Below are positions 30,400-39,170 of a DNA stretch of 64,000 nucleotides, piece after piece. Within the stretch, counting starts at the first letter, position 1, and each line of letters opens with the position of its first letter. The stretch is from Cyanobacteria bacterium P01_D01_bin.156. GTDB taxonomy: Bacteria > Cyanobacteriota > Cyanobacteriia > Phormidesmidales > Phormidesmidaceae. The notes beneath the pieces are model-generated. The model was not told the origin of the DNA, searched no databases, and worked only from the letters and a program-made list of their open reading frames with translations. The position numbers and the translations under genes were made by a program. The DNA lies in NCBI GenBank assembly GCA_039024555.1, contig JBCCQQ010000026.1, positions 12,239-76,238 of the forward strand, given 5' to 3'.

Positions 30400-32547
30400 C
30401 TACGAAGAAGTCCACGAGGAGACGCAGACAACTCGAAAACCGATGTTATCGTTCCTGTCACCGCGCGCGCGCCTGCCGCGATTGGCCGAGCGGCAGTAAG
30501 CTGGAGCGTAGAGCCAGGAACCGCCCCGCAGCAGCCGTCTGGACGCATCACCGCCACTAACCCAGGTACTACCATCTGTAGGTGCTCCCTGATAATTTTC
30601 ATGCCAGCGGTCTAAACACCATTCCCATACATTGCCGTGCATATCATACAGACCAAATGCATTGGCCGGAAAACTACCCACCTCCGTAGTTTGTTGCCGG
30701 TATTCACCTTCCGGTCCCTCACCATAGGCATGGTTGCCATCATAGTTGGCAATATCCGTCGTCAGTGTCTCCCCAAAGTGAAACGGGGTGTTTGTCTCTG
30801 CTCGACAGGCATACTCCCACTCGGCTTCGTTGGGCAGACGATACGCCCGACCTGTATGTTTTAAGAGACGCTTACAAAACTCAACCGCATCTTCCCAAGA
30901 AACTCTCTCAACTGGCCGGTTTTCACCTTTGAAATTAGATGGGTCAGACTCTAGAGCACGTTCAATCGTAGGCATATCGGCTACCACTTTCCACTGAGCC
31001 TGCGTTACCTCATATCGACCCATCAAAAATGGCTGGACTGTCACCTTATGCTGAGGCTTTTCATCATCAGCCCCTTCTCCCTCAGGCGACCCCATCTGAA
31101 ATAAGCCACCCTCAATTGGCACCAGCTCCAGGGTAATCTCTCCAACATTCTCTTCAAATACAGAAGATATTTCTTCTTGATCACTGACGATTTCACCTGT
31201 TTCATTGACCGTAACGACTCGAATACCTGTTTGTTTAAAATCTATGGCTGTAAGTGGTGGTGCATTTAGAAAAGTCTCTGGTATTGAGGTGTCAGGCTCT
31301 GGCTTATATAAAGCTCTGCCCAAGAAAATAGTCCCAACACTACCCCCCGTAAAGCCTAGAATTTGTATCAGTTTTCGACGACTAAGCCGATCTAGAGAAT
31401 ACGACAAAGTTGTTTTAGTAGTATTTGGGAAATCCTGACGCTGAGACTGACGAGAGGGTATAGTAGCCGGTTTAGGTTTAACTACATCTGGTCGTACACT
31501 GGCCTTTGGCGTAGTTGGTGTAGGAACAGCCTTTGGTTTAGGTGGCTTAGCGGGTAGTGGCAATGGTTTAGCAGCACGGGCCGTAGCTGTAATGGTTGGA
31601 GGTTGCTTGAGCGGAGGCTCTGAGGCACTCGGTTGAGCAGTCCCCCGAGCTAAACGCTCAATGCCAGCGATCGCATCAGGATCACCCGGCGACACCACCG
31701 AAACTCGAATCCAAAGCTGCCGAGCAGTTTGACTATCCTGCTCTACCTCCGCCATCAGTGCATCATTTTTGAGCGCTACCACATCCGTCAGCGTCGCCTG
31801 AGCTGGCAACAAAATTAAATGACTTTTACTCGGTGGTTCAATCACCCCATAGGGCGTTTGGGCCACTCGCTTATACTGCCGCGTCAGCTGGGGCACATAG
31901 TAGCGTAACCGCTGATATAGTCGCTCCACTGTGGCACAGTTACCCTCTCCCTGCAGCCGCAGACTATCGATCAACACATGGGTAAACGCTCCATGCTGCA
32001 ATTCCTGAATTTCATAGGACGACTCTTCAGGACTACAGGAAAACAGAGTAATTACCCCCTGCTGTTTTTCCTCACCAATACCCACCGCACCTCGACGTCC
32101 TTCATAACTACGACAGGCATCGATCAGCAAAATAATATTGTCTGCGCCACTGCGTCGTAGGCGCTCGCTAAGGTAATGAATTGGAATCGCAGATTGCTCT
32201 AGGTCGCCGAGATCTCCATCAATGGGCATTAAATAATCACGATCTTGCTTACGAATGCCATGCCCTGCAAAAAAGCACCACAGATTATCACCTTCCCGCA
32301 AAAAGGGCTTTTCAAAACGTGTCCTAAAAAATCGCCGCAGTGTAGTACAGGTGGGTACCGCATCCAACTCGGGGCCACGATCCTGGGGAATCGGCGCGGC
32401 ATCTTCAGCGAAGTGATAAACCTTCTCAAACTTAAGTTCATCAATAAAAAACTGACGCACCGATTCAGCGTCCTGCTTTGCATAGTTCAGCCGTCGCAGG
32501 TAGCTATAGTCATTGATGCCAATAGTAATTGCCCAGTTTCTGGCCAT
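30400..32547 (-). CDS. Caspase-family (C14) peptidase fused to FGE-sulfatase/CLec domain, paralogue A
   Basis: FAGHG and LIDACR dyad; RLPNEAEWEYACRA, NAFGLYDMHGNVWEW, RGGSW, GFRVV; internal RR + hydrophobic segment. Confidence 0.92.
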   Translation of the reverse strand: MARNWAITIGINDYSYLRRLNYAKQDAESVRQFFIDELKFEKVYHFAEDAAPIPQDRGPELDAVPTCTTLRRFFRTRFEKPFLREGDNLWCFFAGHGIRKQDRDYLMPIDGDLGDLEQSAIPIHYLSERLRRSGADNIILLIDACRSYEGRRGAVGIGEEKQQGVITLFSCSPEESSYEIQELQHGAFTHVLIDSLRLQGEGNCATVERLYQRLRYYVPQLTRQYKRVAQTPYGVIEPPSKSHLILLPAQATLTDVVALKNDALMAEVEQDSQTARQLWIRVSVVSPGDPDAIAGIERLARGTAQPSASEPPLKQPPTITATARAAKPLPLPAKPPKPKAVPTPTTPKASVRPDVVKPKPATIPSRQSQRQDFPNTTKTTLSYSLDRLSRRKLIQILGFTGGSVGTIFLGRALYKPEPDTSIPETFLNAPPLTAIDFKQTGIRVVTVNETGEIVSDQEEISSVFEENVGEITLELVPIEGGLFQMGSPEGEGADDEKPQHKVTVQPFLMGRYEVTQAQWKVVADMPTIERALESDPSNFKGENRPVERVSWEDAVEFCKRLLKHTGRAYRLPNEAEWEYACRAETNTPFHFGETLTTDIANYDGNHAYGEGPEGEYRQQTTEVGSFPANAFGLYDMHGNVWEWCLDRWHENYQGAPTDGSTWVSGGDASRRLLRGGSWLYAPAYCRSANRGRRARGDRNDNIGFRVVCVSSWTSS
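30409..30534 (-). repeat. Putative DGR variable repeat VR-A
   Basis: 126 nt, 109/126 identical to 33352-33477; mismatches mainly at codon positions 1-2. Confidence 0.8.
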
Positions 32548-32622
32548 AACCAGCAGTCAGACGTCAGGAGTTAGTTTAAAGATACGATATCCGAGTTTTG
32601 GATTCCTCAAACAGCTTTACGG

Positions 32623-33018
32623 CTAGCCACCTTTTCCATCTGGACGCGTGAACTTTAGGGTAATGCCGCCTGAATTAGCCAACTTGCCACCATTGCCGAC
32701 TAAACTAAGCTGACCTTCAGCATTGATTTCCACCGATAGTTCTACTTCGTTAAGCTGCAATCCTGTCTCTGTGGTCGCCTCATCAAACAGTTCATTAACC
32801 ACCGCCAGCATTCCCTGCATCTGAGTCTTCAAAGCCTGTGCATCTAGGGGAACACGTTTACGGTTTAAGCGTTGCCTAATGACTTCAATCGGCCCTTGAG
32901 ATGGCTCTGCTCCCCAGCCACCACCGGTATCGGCACTGTTGCGTTCACCGTCGATGGCGGTAATTTCTTCCGTTTCTTCAACGTCAGCAATGATGTAAAG
33001 CTGGGGGCTATCAGACAT
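32623..33018 (-). CDS. Pepco-like (peptidase co-occurring) protein
   Basis: LQLNEVELSVEINAEGQLSLVGNGGK...GITLKF; immediately upstream of the caspase gene. Confidence 0.7.
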   Translation of the reverse strand: MSDSPQLYIIADVEETEEITAIDGERNSADTGGGWGAEPSQGPIEVIRQRLNRKRVPLDAQALKTQMQGMLAVVNELFDEATTETGLQLNEVELSVEINAEGQLSLVGNGGKLANSGGITLKFTRPDGKGG

Positions 33019-33044
33019 GGGACAGGCTCCTTATAAGGAATTAA

Positions 33045-33250
33045 GGGGGAGTGCAGCTAACCGTTCAGCCAGGCTTACCAGGCTATCTGCACCGTTGTAT
33101 TTTTGGATACCTCGATGGATATCGCTGGAGCAGGTCTGGACTCTTCTGATGGTACGCCCGACAGATTCCCACCTGTCAGTTCTGACCGGCCAGTTCCAGG
33201 AGACTCCTAAAACCAGACCTATAAGAGTGCACCAGGAGCCGCAGACAACT
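33045..33250 (-). ncRNA. Putative remnant of DGR RNA: template-repeat 3' end plus structured spacer
   Basis: 33223-33250 (minus AGTTGTCTGCGGCTCCTGGTGCACTCTT) matches the VR-B 3' end at 24/28; followed by several hairpins. Confidence 0.6.
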
Positions 33251-33345
33251 TCTTAAAAATAAATCGATCGCGCCAAGCGCGAAAAGAAATAAGGAATATT
33301 TTTATTTCTTCAGAGCAAAGTGCAAAAACAAACCAGGGCAAAGAG

Positions 33346-35283
33346 CTACAGAGTCCACGAGGAGCCGCACACAACTCGAAAACCGATGTCGTGGTCCCTG
33401 CCGTCGCGCGCGTACCTGCCGCGATTGGCCGAGCGGCAGACATCTGGATAGTAGCGCCAGGAACCGCCCCGCAGCAGCCTCCTTGCATTGTCGTTAATAG
33501 ATAACCAAGCACTGCCATCCGTAGGAGCCTTTCTAAATAAGCCTCCATAGCTATCATGCCAATGGTCTAAACACCATTCCCACACATTGCCATACATGTC
33601 ATACAGGCCAAAGGTATTCGCAGGAAAACTACCGACATTTGTGGTCTGTTTTCGATACGCTCCTTTAGGGCCAGAACCATAGCTATAGTTGCCGTCATAG
33701 TTGGCCAGTTCAGGCGTAACGGTTTCCCCAAAATAAAATGGTGTCGTCGTTCCTGCTCGACAGGCATATTCCCATTCCGCTTCACTGGGTAGACGATAGT
33801 CTCGACCTGTCTTTTTCGACAAGCGCTGACAAAACTCAACTGCATCGTCCCAAGAAACTTGCTCAACAGGACGATTATTACCTTTGAAATTAGCAGGATC
33901 GGCCTTTAGTTCACGCGCCACCCTAGGCAAGGCCGCAACCACTTTCCACTGGGTCTGCGTTACCGGATACTTCCCCATCAGAAACCGCTTAACTGTCACC
34001 TGATGCTGGGGCCTTTCATCGTTATCCCCCTGGCCCTTTGGTGAGCCCATTTGAAATGTGCCACCGGGTATGACGACCAAATCTAAACTGAAACCCTGGT
34101 CCAAGGATTCTTGTCGGTACTCTGCCCTCTTTTGCTCACGCTTAACGATATTCCCCTTGGCATCAACCTTGACTACGTCAAACTCAAAGGTAGGAGCTTT
34201 TTTAGAGGGAGCCTTACTAAGTACCTTAGGTATCTCCACCTGCTCCATAGTGTTCTTTGGTGGCACGGATAACGGCACTTGAGACGGAGACTTTGGTTCT
34301 TCTACTAAAGAGCTACGTTCTCCCTGAGGTCTCTCTGAAGGGAACGTTAATGGTTTTACCTTAGACGGTTGCTGACTACACCGCAGGGCAATCCGTTGCA
34401 ACGCTTTCACCGCTTGTCGATCTCCAGGAGAAGCGACCAAGACGCGGATCCAAAGTTGTTCTGCTAAATCCCAAGCAGTCTCTGCTTCTGCCTCTAGAGC
34501 ATCCACCTTTAACGCTTGCACATCCTGTAATGTCGCCTGAGCAGGCAACAGAATTAAGTGCAGCTTGGTGGCAGGTTCAACAATGGCATAGGGTGTTTGC
34601 GGTTGCTTTCTATAGCGTCGATTCAGGTCCGGCACCTGATAGCGCAAATGCTGATACAGCCGCTCTAACGTGGCACAGTTACCTTCTCCCTGGATGCGCA
34701 ACCCTTGCAATAGGGCATAGGTAAAGGCCCCTTGCTGGAGTTCATCAATCTCGTAGGACAGTTCACTGGGACTACAGGCAAACAGCGTGATTACCCCTTG
34801 CTGTTGTTCAACGCCTATGCCTTCTCCCCCATCGCGGTCATCCTCATCCCGGCAGGCATCCAGCATGAGCACAATATTGTCAGCACCGCAGCGCCGCAGC
34901 CGATCCGAAATATCTCGAATCGCCAGACCCGTGCGTCCTACATTGCCAGGATCTCCATCTACGGGCATTAAATAATCTCTTCCTTGAAACCGCTTGCCAT
35001 GGCCCGCAAAGAAAAACCAAAGATTATCCCCCGCTTCTAGAAAACCACGCTCAAAGCGCACCCTAAAAAATCGTTCCAGATTGCCAATGGTCGGTTCAGA
35101 TCGTAGCGGTGGTCCATAATTCTGACGAATAGGGTCTGCATCTTCAGCAAAAAAGTAAACCTGCTCAAACCCAGCGGACAGGCAAAAATCGCGCATGGCT
35201 GCTGCATCTTTTCTGGCATATTTCAGCGGTTTGAGATTGTAATAGCCATTAATACCAATGCAAATAGCCCAGTTTTTGCTCAT
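33346..35283 (-). CDS. Caspase-family (C14) peptidase fused to FGE-sulfatase/CLec domain, paralogue B
   Basis: FAGHG and MLDACR dyad; RLPSEAEWEYACRA, NTFGLYDMYGNVWEW, RGGSW, GFRVV. Confidence 0.92.
   Translation of the reverse strand: MSKNWAICIGINGYYNLKPLKYARKDAAAMRDFCLSAGFEQVYFFAEDADPIRQNYGPPLRSEPTIGNLERFFRVRFERGFLEAGDNLWFFFAGHGKRFQGRDYLMPVDGDPGNVGRTGLAIRDISDRLRRCGADNIVLMLDACRDEDDRDGGEGIGVEQQQGVITLFACSPSELSYEIDELQQGAFTYALLQGLRIQGEGNCATLERLYQHLRYQVPDLNRRYRKQPQTPYAIVEPATKLHLILLPAQATLQDVQALKVDALEAEAETAWDLAEQLWIRVLVASPGDRQAVKALQRIALRCSQQPSKVKPLTFPSERPQGERSSLVEEPKSPSQVPLSVPPKNTMEQVEIPKVLSKAPSKKAPTFEFDVVKVDAKGNIVKREQKRAEYRQESLDQGFSLDLVVIPGGTFQMGSPKGQGDNDERPQHQVTVKRFLMGKYPVTQTQWKVVAALPRVARELKADPANFKGNNRPVEQVSWDDAVEFCQRLSKKTGRDYRLPSEAEWEYACRAGTTTPFYFGETVTPELANYDGNYSYGSGPKGAYRKQTTNVGSFPANTFGLYDMYGNVWEWCLDHWHDSYGGLFRKAPTDGSAWLSINDNARRLLRGGSWRYYPDVCRSANRGRYARDGRDHDIGFRVVCGSSWTL
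33352..33477 (-). repeat. Putative DGR variable repeat VR-B
   Basis: Near-identical to VR-A; followed by a pyrimidine-rich tail and CGCGC-TTG-GCGCG hairpin. Confidence 0.8.
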
Positions 35284-35472
35284 GGTTAGCGATTTTCAAG
35301 AGGCGCATCTAGCTTAAACCAAAAAACTATGCCAGATCAGGAGCTAGATCATCAACCACAGTTTAGTCAAATTTCCCTCAAAACAGGCCCATTGATAAAA
35401 AATCACCCCAACGGGTGCCACCCGCCAAAAACACCAGGCTTTGCTCCACCAGCTGCCAGACCAAAAACGCAA

Positions 35473-35700
35473 GACTCAAAATGAGACTAGTGCTCTTAAA
35501 ATGAGTCTCGATATTGAAGTCATCAATCTTGAATTGAGACTGATAATTTTTACCCGCAGAGAGTCTTGCCTTAGCCCTACCAATTCTCAAAGTGGCTTCA
35601 GCTTTCAAAAGCCACCACTTGATATCAGTCATTCAAATCAGCAGCACCAGCACAAAACATCTGTCTCAAAATAAAATTAATCGTCTTAAATTAAGTCTTA
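35473..35700. promoter_or_regulatory. Second cluster of RTCTYA-N3-TRAGAY-like palindromes
   Basis: GACTCA-AAA-TGAGAC 35473, CTCTTA-AAA-TGAGTC 35493, ATCTTG-AAT-TGAGAC 35526, GTCTTA-AAT-TAAGTC 35683. Confidence 0.6.
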
Positions 35701-35834
35701 AAATAGTTATTTTAATCTCTTCTTAAGACTGGCTTTTCAGTCAAAGAAAGCTACTCATCTAGTAAAGAAACAACCGGTTAGGAATGCGCGGAAAAATAAT
35801 GGACCCATTGAGAGGCTTGGCGATAACTGGTTCG

Positions 35835-35925
35835 CCTTACGAAGGGGAACCGTCAGGGAGGGGTTTTCGACACTGGCGCTATCAATCGAAACCCCTCCGC
35901 CTACGGGCACCTCCCCTTCGTAAGG
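35835..35925. repeat. REP/MITE-like imperfect palindrome
   Basis: CCTTACGAAGGGGA (35835) pairs with TCCCCTTCGTAAGG (35912); inner GAGGGGTTTTCGA/TCGAAACCCCTC. Confidence 0.65.
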
Positions 35926-36003
35926 GGAGGAAATCTCATAGCGTAATTCCAAACCGGTATTCTATTTATTCGCAATTCTCTTATCTACTCCCAAAAACTT
36001 TTC

Positions 36004-36585
36004 CTATGCCAAGGTCCAGTCAAATTCCATCTGCCTGGCCGTCTTCTTCGCCAAATCCAGACTATGCAACTTACTAACCAAATACAAACTCATATCAATA
36101 CCTGCAGAAATCCCCCCCGACGTCACCACATTGCCCGCATCAACCCAGCGAATATTTTCTTGTACATCCAACCCTGGATACTGCTGACGTAGGTCCGGAA
36201 TATCTTCCCAGTGGGTTGTCACCGATTCTGTAGTAATCACCTGAGCAGCTGCCAGCAAAAAAGCCCCCGTACAGACAGATGCCGTCACCTTAGCCGTTTT
36301 CGCCTGTTGCCCAACCCAACTAATCACCTCAGGCTTAACCATTTCCGCCGTATGCACACCTCCCACAATTATCGGCACATTAATCTCCAAATGATCATCA
36401 AACCCATAGGTGGGCACAACTTGATAACCACCCCGAGCAGTTACCATCTCCCCAGTTTGGCTAATCAAAAATGTTGTAAAGGGAGCACCATCAGAACAAA
36501 CTCTAGAGGCCGTAGAGAATACTTCAAACGGACCCGAAAAGTCCAAAACCTCCGCCTGGTCGTAGATATAAATACCGATGTTCAC
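36004..36585 (-). CDS. DJ-1/PfpI family protein
   Basis: EVLDFSGPFEVF, SVCTGAFLLA, TSGGISAGID; GGAGG RBS before GTG 36585. Confidence 0.92.
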   Translation of the reverse strand: MNIGIYIYDQAEVLDFSGPFEVFSTASRVCSDGAPFTTFLISQTGEMVTARGGYQVVPTYGFDDHLEINVPIIVGGVHTAEMVKPEVISWVGQQAKTAKVTASVCTGAFLLAAAQVITTESVTTHWEDIPDLRQQYPGLDVQENIRWVDAGNVVTSGGISAGIDMSLYLVSKLHSLDLAKKTARQMEFDWTLA

Positions 36586-37591
36586 CCTAACCTCCAGAGT
36601 TTGACCTAACAACATCTGATTTGCCACATCAATATTAATTAAAGTGTTCCATCCTTGCTAATTACGCCATTTATGGCCTGTATGCACGCCATCGATAGGC
36701 CAGTAGTGGAATTAGGTGAAGTGCATAGCTGTGGTTCGTGTAAGGGAGACTAGTCTCAAAGCCCCCAGGATTGAAGGTTTGGGGCCAGAAAACGTTTAGC
36801 TATTTTGACGATCGCTTGCCCTTAGAAATTCCTTTAATAGACACATTAGGCATACCGGAATTTGGGAAGCCCCAGTATGCCTAATTGGAAAAACACGGAT
36901 GCGTCCGTAAAGGGCACTAATACCGCATTTTTAGTCTGAGATATGTGTACACGGTAAGTCCTAAGTTGAGATCAATAGAGTTTAATTGAGACTTGACTTA
37001 AGCCTATCTGTATTGAATTGAGACTCACCCTCCCATGGCAGCGATACCTACCAATAACAAGAAAATCAACGTAAATCTGCTACCTTGTCAGACTTCCTAA
37101 AACTCTGCATTACCGCAGGATGTAGTAAACAGCACGCTACATAAGAAAAATCTCCTTAAACCACCCAAGGCGATAAGAAAAACCTGTTCGTTTTCCAGTA
37201 AGAAAAATTGAAAAAGATTATTTTATGTGTTTTTAACGAGAGAATAATCCAACATTTTATACCGTAGATATAATTACCTTGTTTCAGTCAAAAAAGGGTG
37301 TTAAACCGACTATTCCTGGAAAAATCGTTTCCTTTATGCATTTTCCCTAGGGAGTTTTGCGGCTAAATTTCATTGTTTCTTTGATGAGAGTAAATTAACG
37401 TAGCGATTTATCTACGCAATTTGCCTTAAGTAAATAGCTGGTTTGGCTAAATGTATTTGACGACTGTTTTGCGACAGTGGTCTCGTTTTAGGTGCAAAAC
37501 CATGTAGCACAGCTGCAGGGTTGCATTGTCTTCGAAGGTCGTGACCATAGGTCACTTTTGAGGTTGCTGACGTTCTTTTAAAGAAGAAAAT

Positions 37592-38224
37592 ATGGCTACC
37601 ACCGACGCATTAGATGCCGTTTGCGATGCCATTGCGCATATCCTGCGCACATCAATGACAGAGCAATCAGCAGAACTGGGGCTGGGAGGAATCAACCCTA
37701 GGTTTTCTGTTTACCAGTCAGGGGATTTTTCTAATCCTGATCCCACTCGTGCTGTGTCTTCGGGGGCTTCTGTCTTTCTCTATAGAGCCCTGCCCAATCT
37801 CTCCCATCGCACTCCCAGTGGAGCTATTTTGCCGGATGGGCGACAGCGGCACAGTAAGCTGCCGTTGGATTTATATATATTGATCACCATTTGGGGAGAA
37901 AGCCCCAGTACCCAAAATCGGCTGGTGGGCTGGGTAATGCGTACCCTAGAAGACTATCCCCTAATTCCAGCGTCTGTGCTCAATATTGGCAATAGTGAAA
38001 CACCTATTTTTGAAGAACACGAAACCGTAGAGCTTTTGTTAAGTGAAATGAATGGGGATGAGCTGTTGCAACTGTGGGACATGTTGGGGGGAGATGGGGT
38101 ATTTCCCTACCAGGTAACCATTCCCTATTTAGTACGGAACTTGTTTTTGGAGTCTCGTCGTACGATGCCGGTGGCAGAACCGGTGCAGGTGCGAACCGCC
38201 GATATGCGTCGCTTGGTGAGGTAA
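37592..38224 (+). CDS. eCIS DUF4255 / Pvc16-Afp16-like cap/terminator protein
   Basis: SVFLYR, LPLDLYILITIW, QNRLVGWVMRTLEDYP, QLW..L, IPYLVR; first gene of the CIS operon. Confidence 0.85.
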   Translation: MATTDALDAVCDAIAHILRTSMTEQSAELGLGGINPRFSVYQSGDFSNPDPTRAVSSGASVFLYRALPNLSHRTPSGAILPDGRQRHSKLPLDLYILITIWGESPSTQNRLVGWVMRTLEDYPLIPASVLNIGNSETPIFEEHETVELLLSEMNGDELLQLWDMLGGDGVFPYQVTIPYLVRNLFLESRRTMPVAEPVQVRTADMRRLVR

Positions 38225-38228
38225 AGCT

Positions 38229-39131
38229 ATGAACCTAGTCTCCTTAGAACGCCATACCACCCAAACGCTGTTGGGAATCTGTTTTTGGGACCGGATTACC
38301 AATCGAGTGATTGTCGATGGTCTGCGGGTAACGGCGCAACGGCTCAGTGATGACCGGACCCAGCGTTTAGGTCGATTGGTGGTTGGCAGAGGGACGTCCA
38401 GCGGTGCGATCGCATTTTTTGGCCTTTCATCAGCAGAGATTCCTGCCGACCCGGATCAGCTGCTGTGGGACACCGTGCCGCCAGAACAGCTGGTGGTCAT
38501 TGACATGGTAGATAGCTTAAATCGCTTTTTACCCCTATCGTTTGTGGCGCGGTTACCCTTTCGGGGAGTGTTTCGCGGTCAGGGAGACTGGTTAGTAAAT
38601 TCTCTCCTGCGGCCTGAGGTAGATCCAGATCAGGCCATGGGGGTGCAGCTGTGGTCTAGCCCAACTCGACCGGTACCGCCAGGTGCAGCGGTTATCCGCA
38701 GTCAGCTGGTGGTGGGTGATGGAATAAATGCGCCCCCTGCCGCCTATGCCCTAGTGCACGTGCAGGACTCAGAATCACCGGAGGACTTTAACTACTACGG
38801 CCTCACGGATGCCCAGGGCAGTTTGCTCTTGCCCATGCCCTATCCCGATATCCCCGATCCAGTCCCTCCAGTAACAGACTATCCCCCCCTGGATCAACAA
38901 ACCTATGGTCTCACCATCACTGTACGGCACAGCACCCAAACCACTCTGCCCGGCAGCGATGTCCCTGATCTCGGAGCGTTGTTAAATCAGCCAGTGGCCG
39001 ATGTTGCTACCGAGCGAGCGGCTGATGACACGCTGCAGTTTGAGTCGAATCTATCCGTCAGTCTTCAGTTTGGGCGGTCCTTGATTTTAGGAACCGCCGC
39101 TGACCCCGTATTTCGGATTCAATCCGTCTGA
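38229..39131 (+). CDS. eCIS-associated hypothetical protein (possible cap-associated)
   Basis: Position between DUF4255 and sheath; beta-rich. Confidence 0.6.
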   Translation: MNLVSLERHTTQTLLGICFWDRITNRVIVDGLRVTAQRLSDDRTQRLGRLVVGRGTSSGAIAFFGLSSAEIPADPDQLLWDTVPPEQLVVIDMVDSLNRFLPLSFVARLPFRGVFRGQGDWLVNSLLRPEVDPDQAMGVQLWSSPTRPVPPGAAVIRSQLVVGDGINAPPAAYALVHVQDSESPEDFNYYGLTDAQGSLLLPMPYPDIPDPVPPVTDYPPLDQQTYGLTITVRHSTQTTLPGSDVPDLGALLNQPVADVATERAADDTLQFESNLSVSLQFGRSLILGTAADPVFRIQSV

Positions 39132-39170
39132 CCCCCTGCCCCCGCTATGTTGTTCTAAGGAGAGTGTCCC

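Noticed and set aside
30336..30602. Alternative-frame ORFs 30336-30602 and 33219-33557 that resemble each other
   Set aside because: Shadow translations of the shared VR nucleotide repeat.
35378..35952. Short ORFs at 35378-35632, 35441-35674 and 35755-35952
   Set aside because: They lie over the operator-like motif cluster and the palindrome; no protein features.
37120..37420. NtcA boxes upstream of the eCIS
   Set aside because: The GTA...TAC pairs seen have 10-nt rather than 8-nt spacing.
29000..37500. Complete active DGR (RT, avd, full TR)
   Set aside because: No RT or avd ORF and no AAC-rich full template visible; only VRs and a TR-end remnant.
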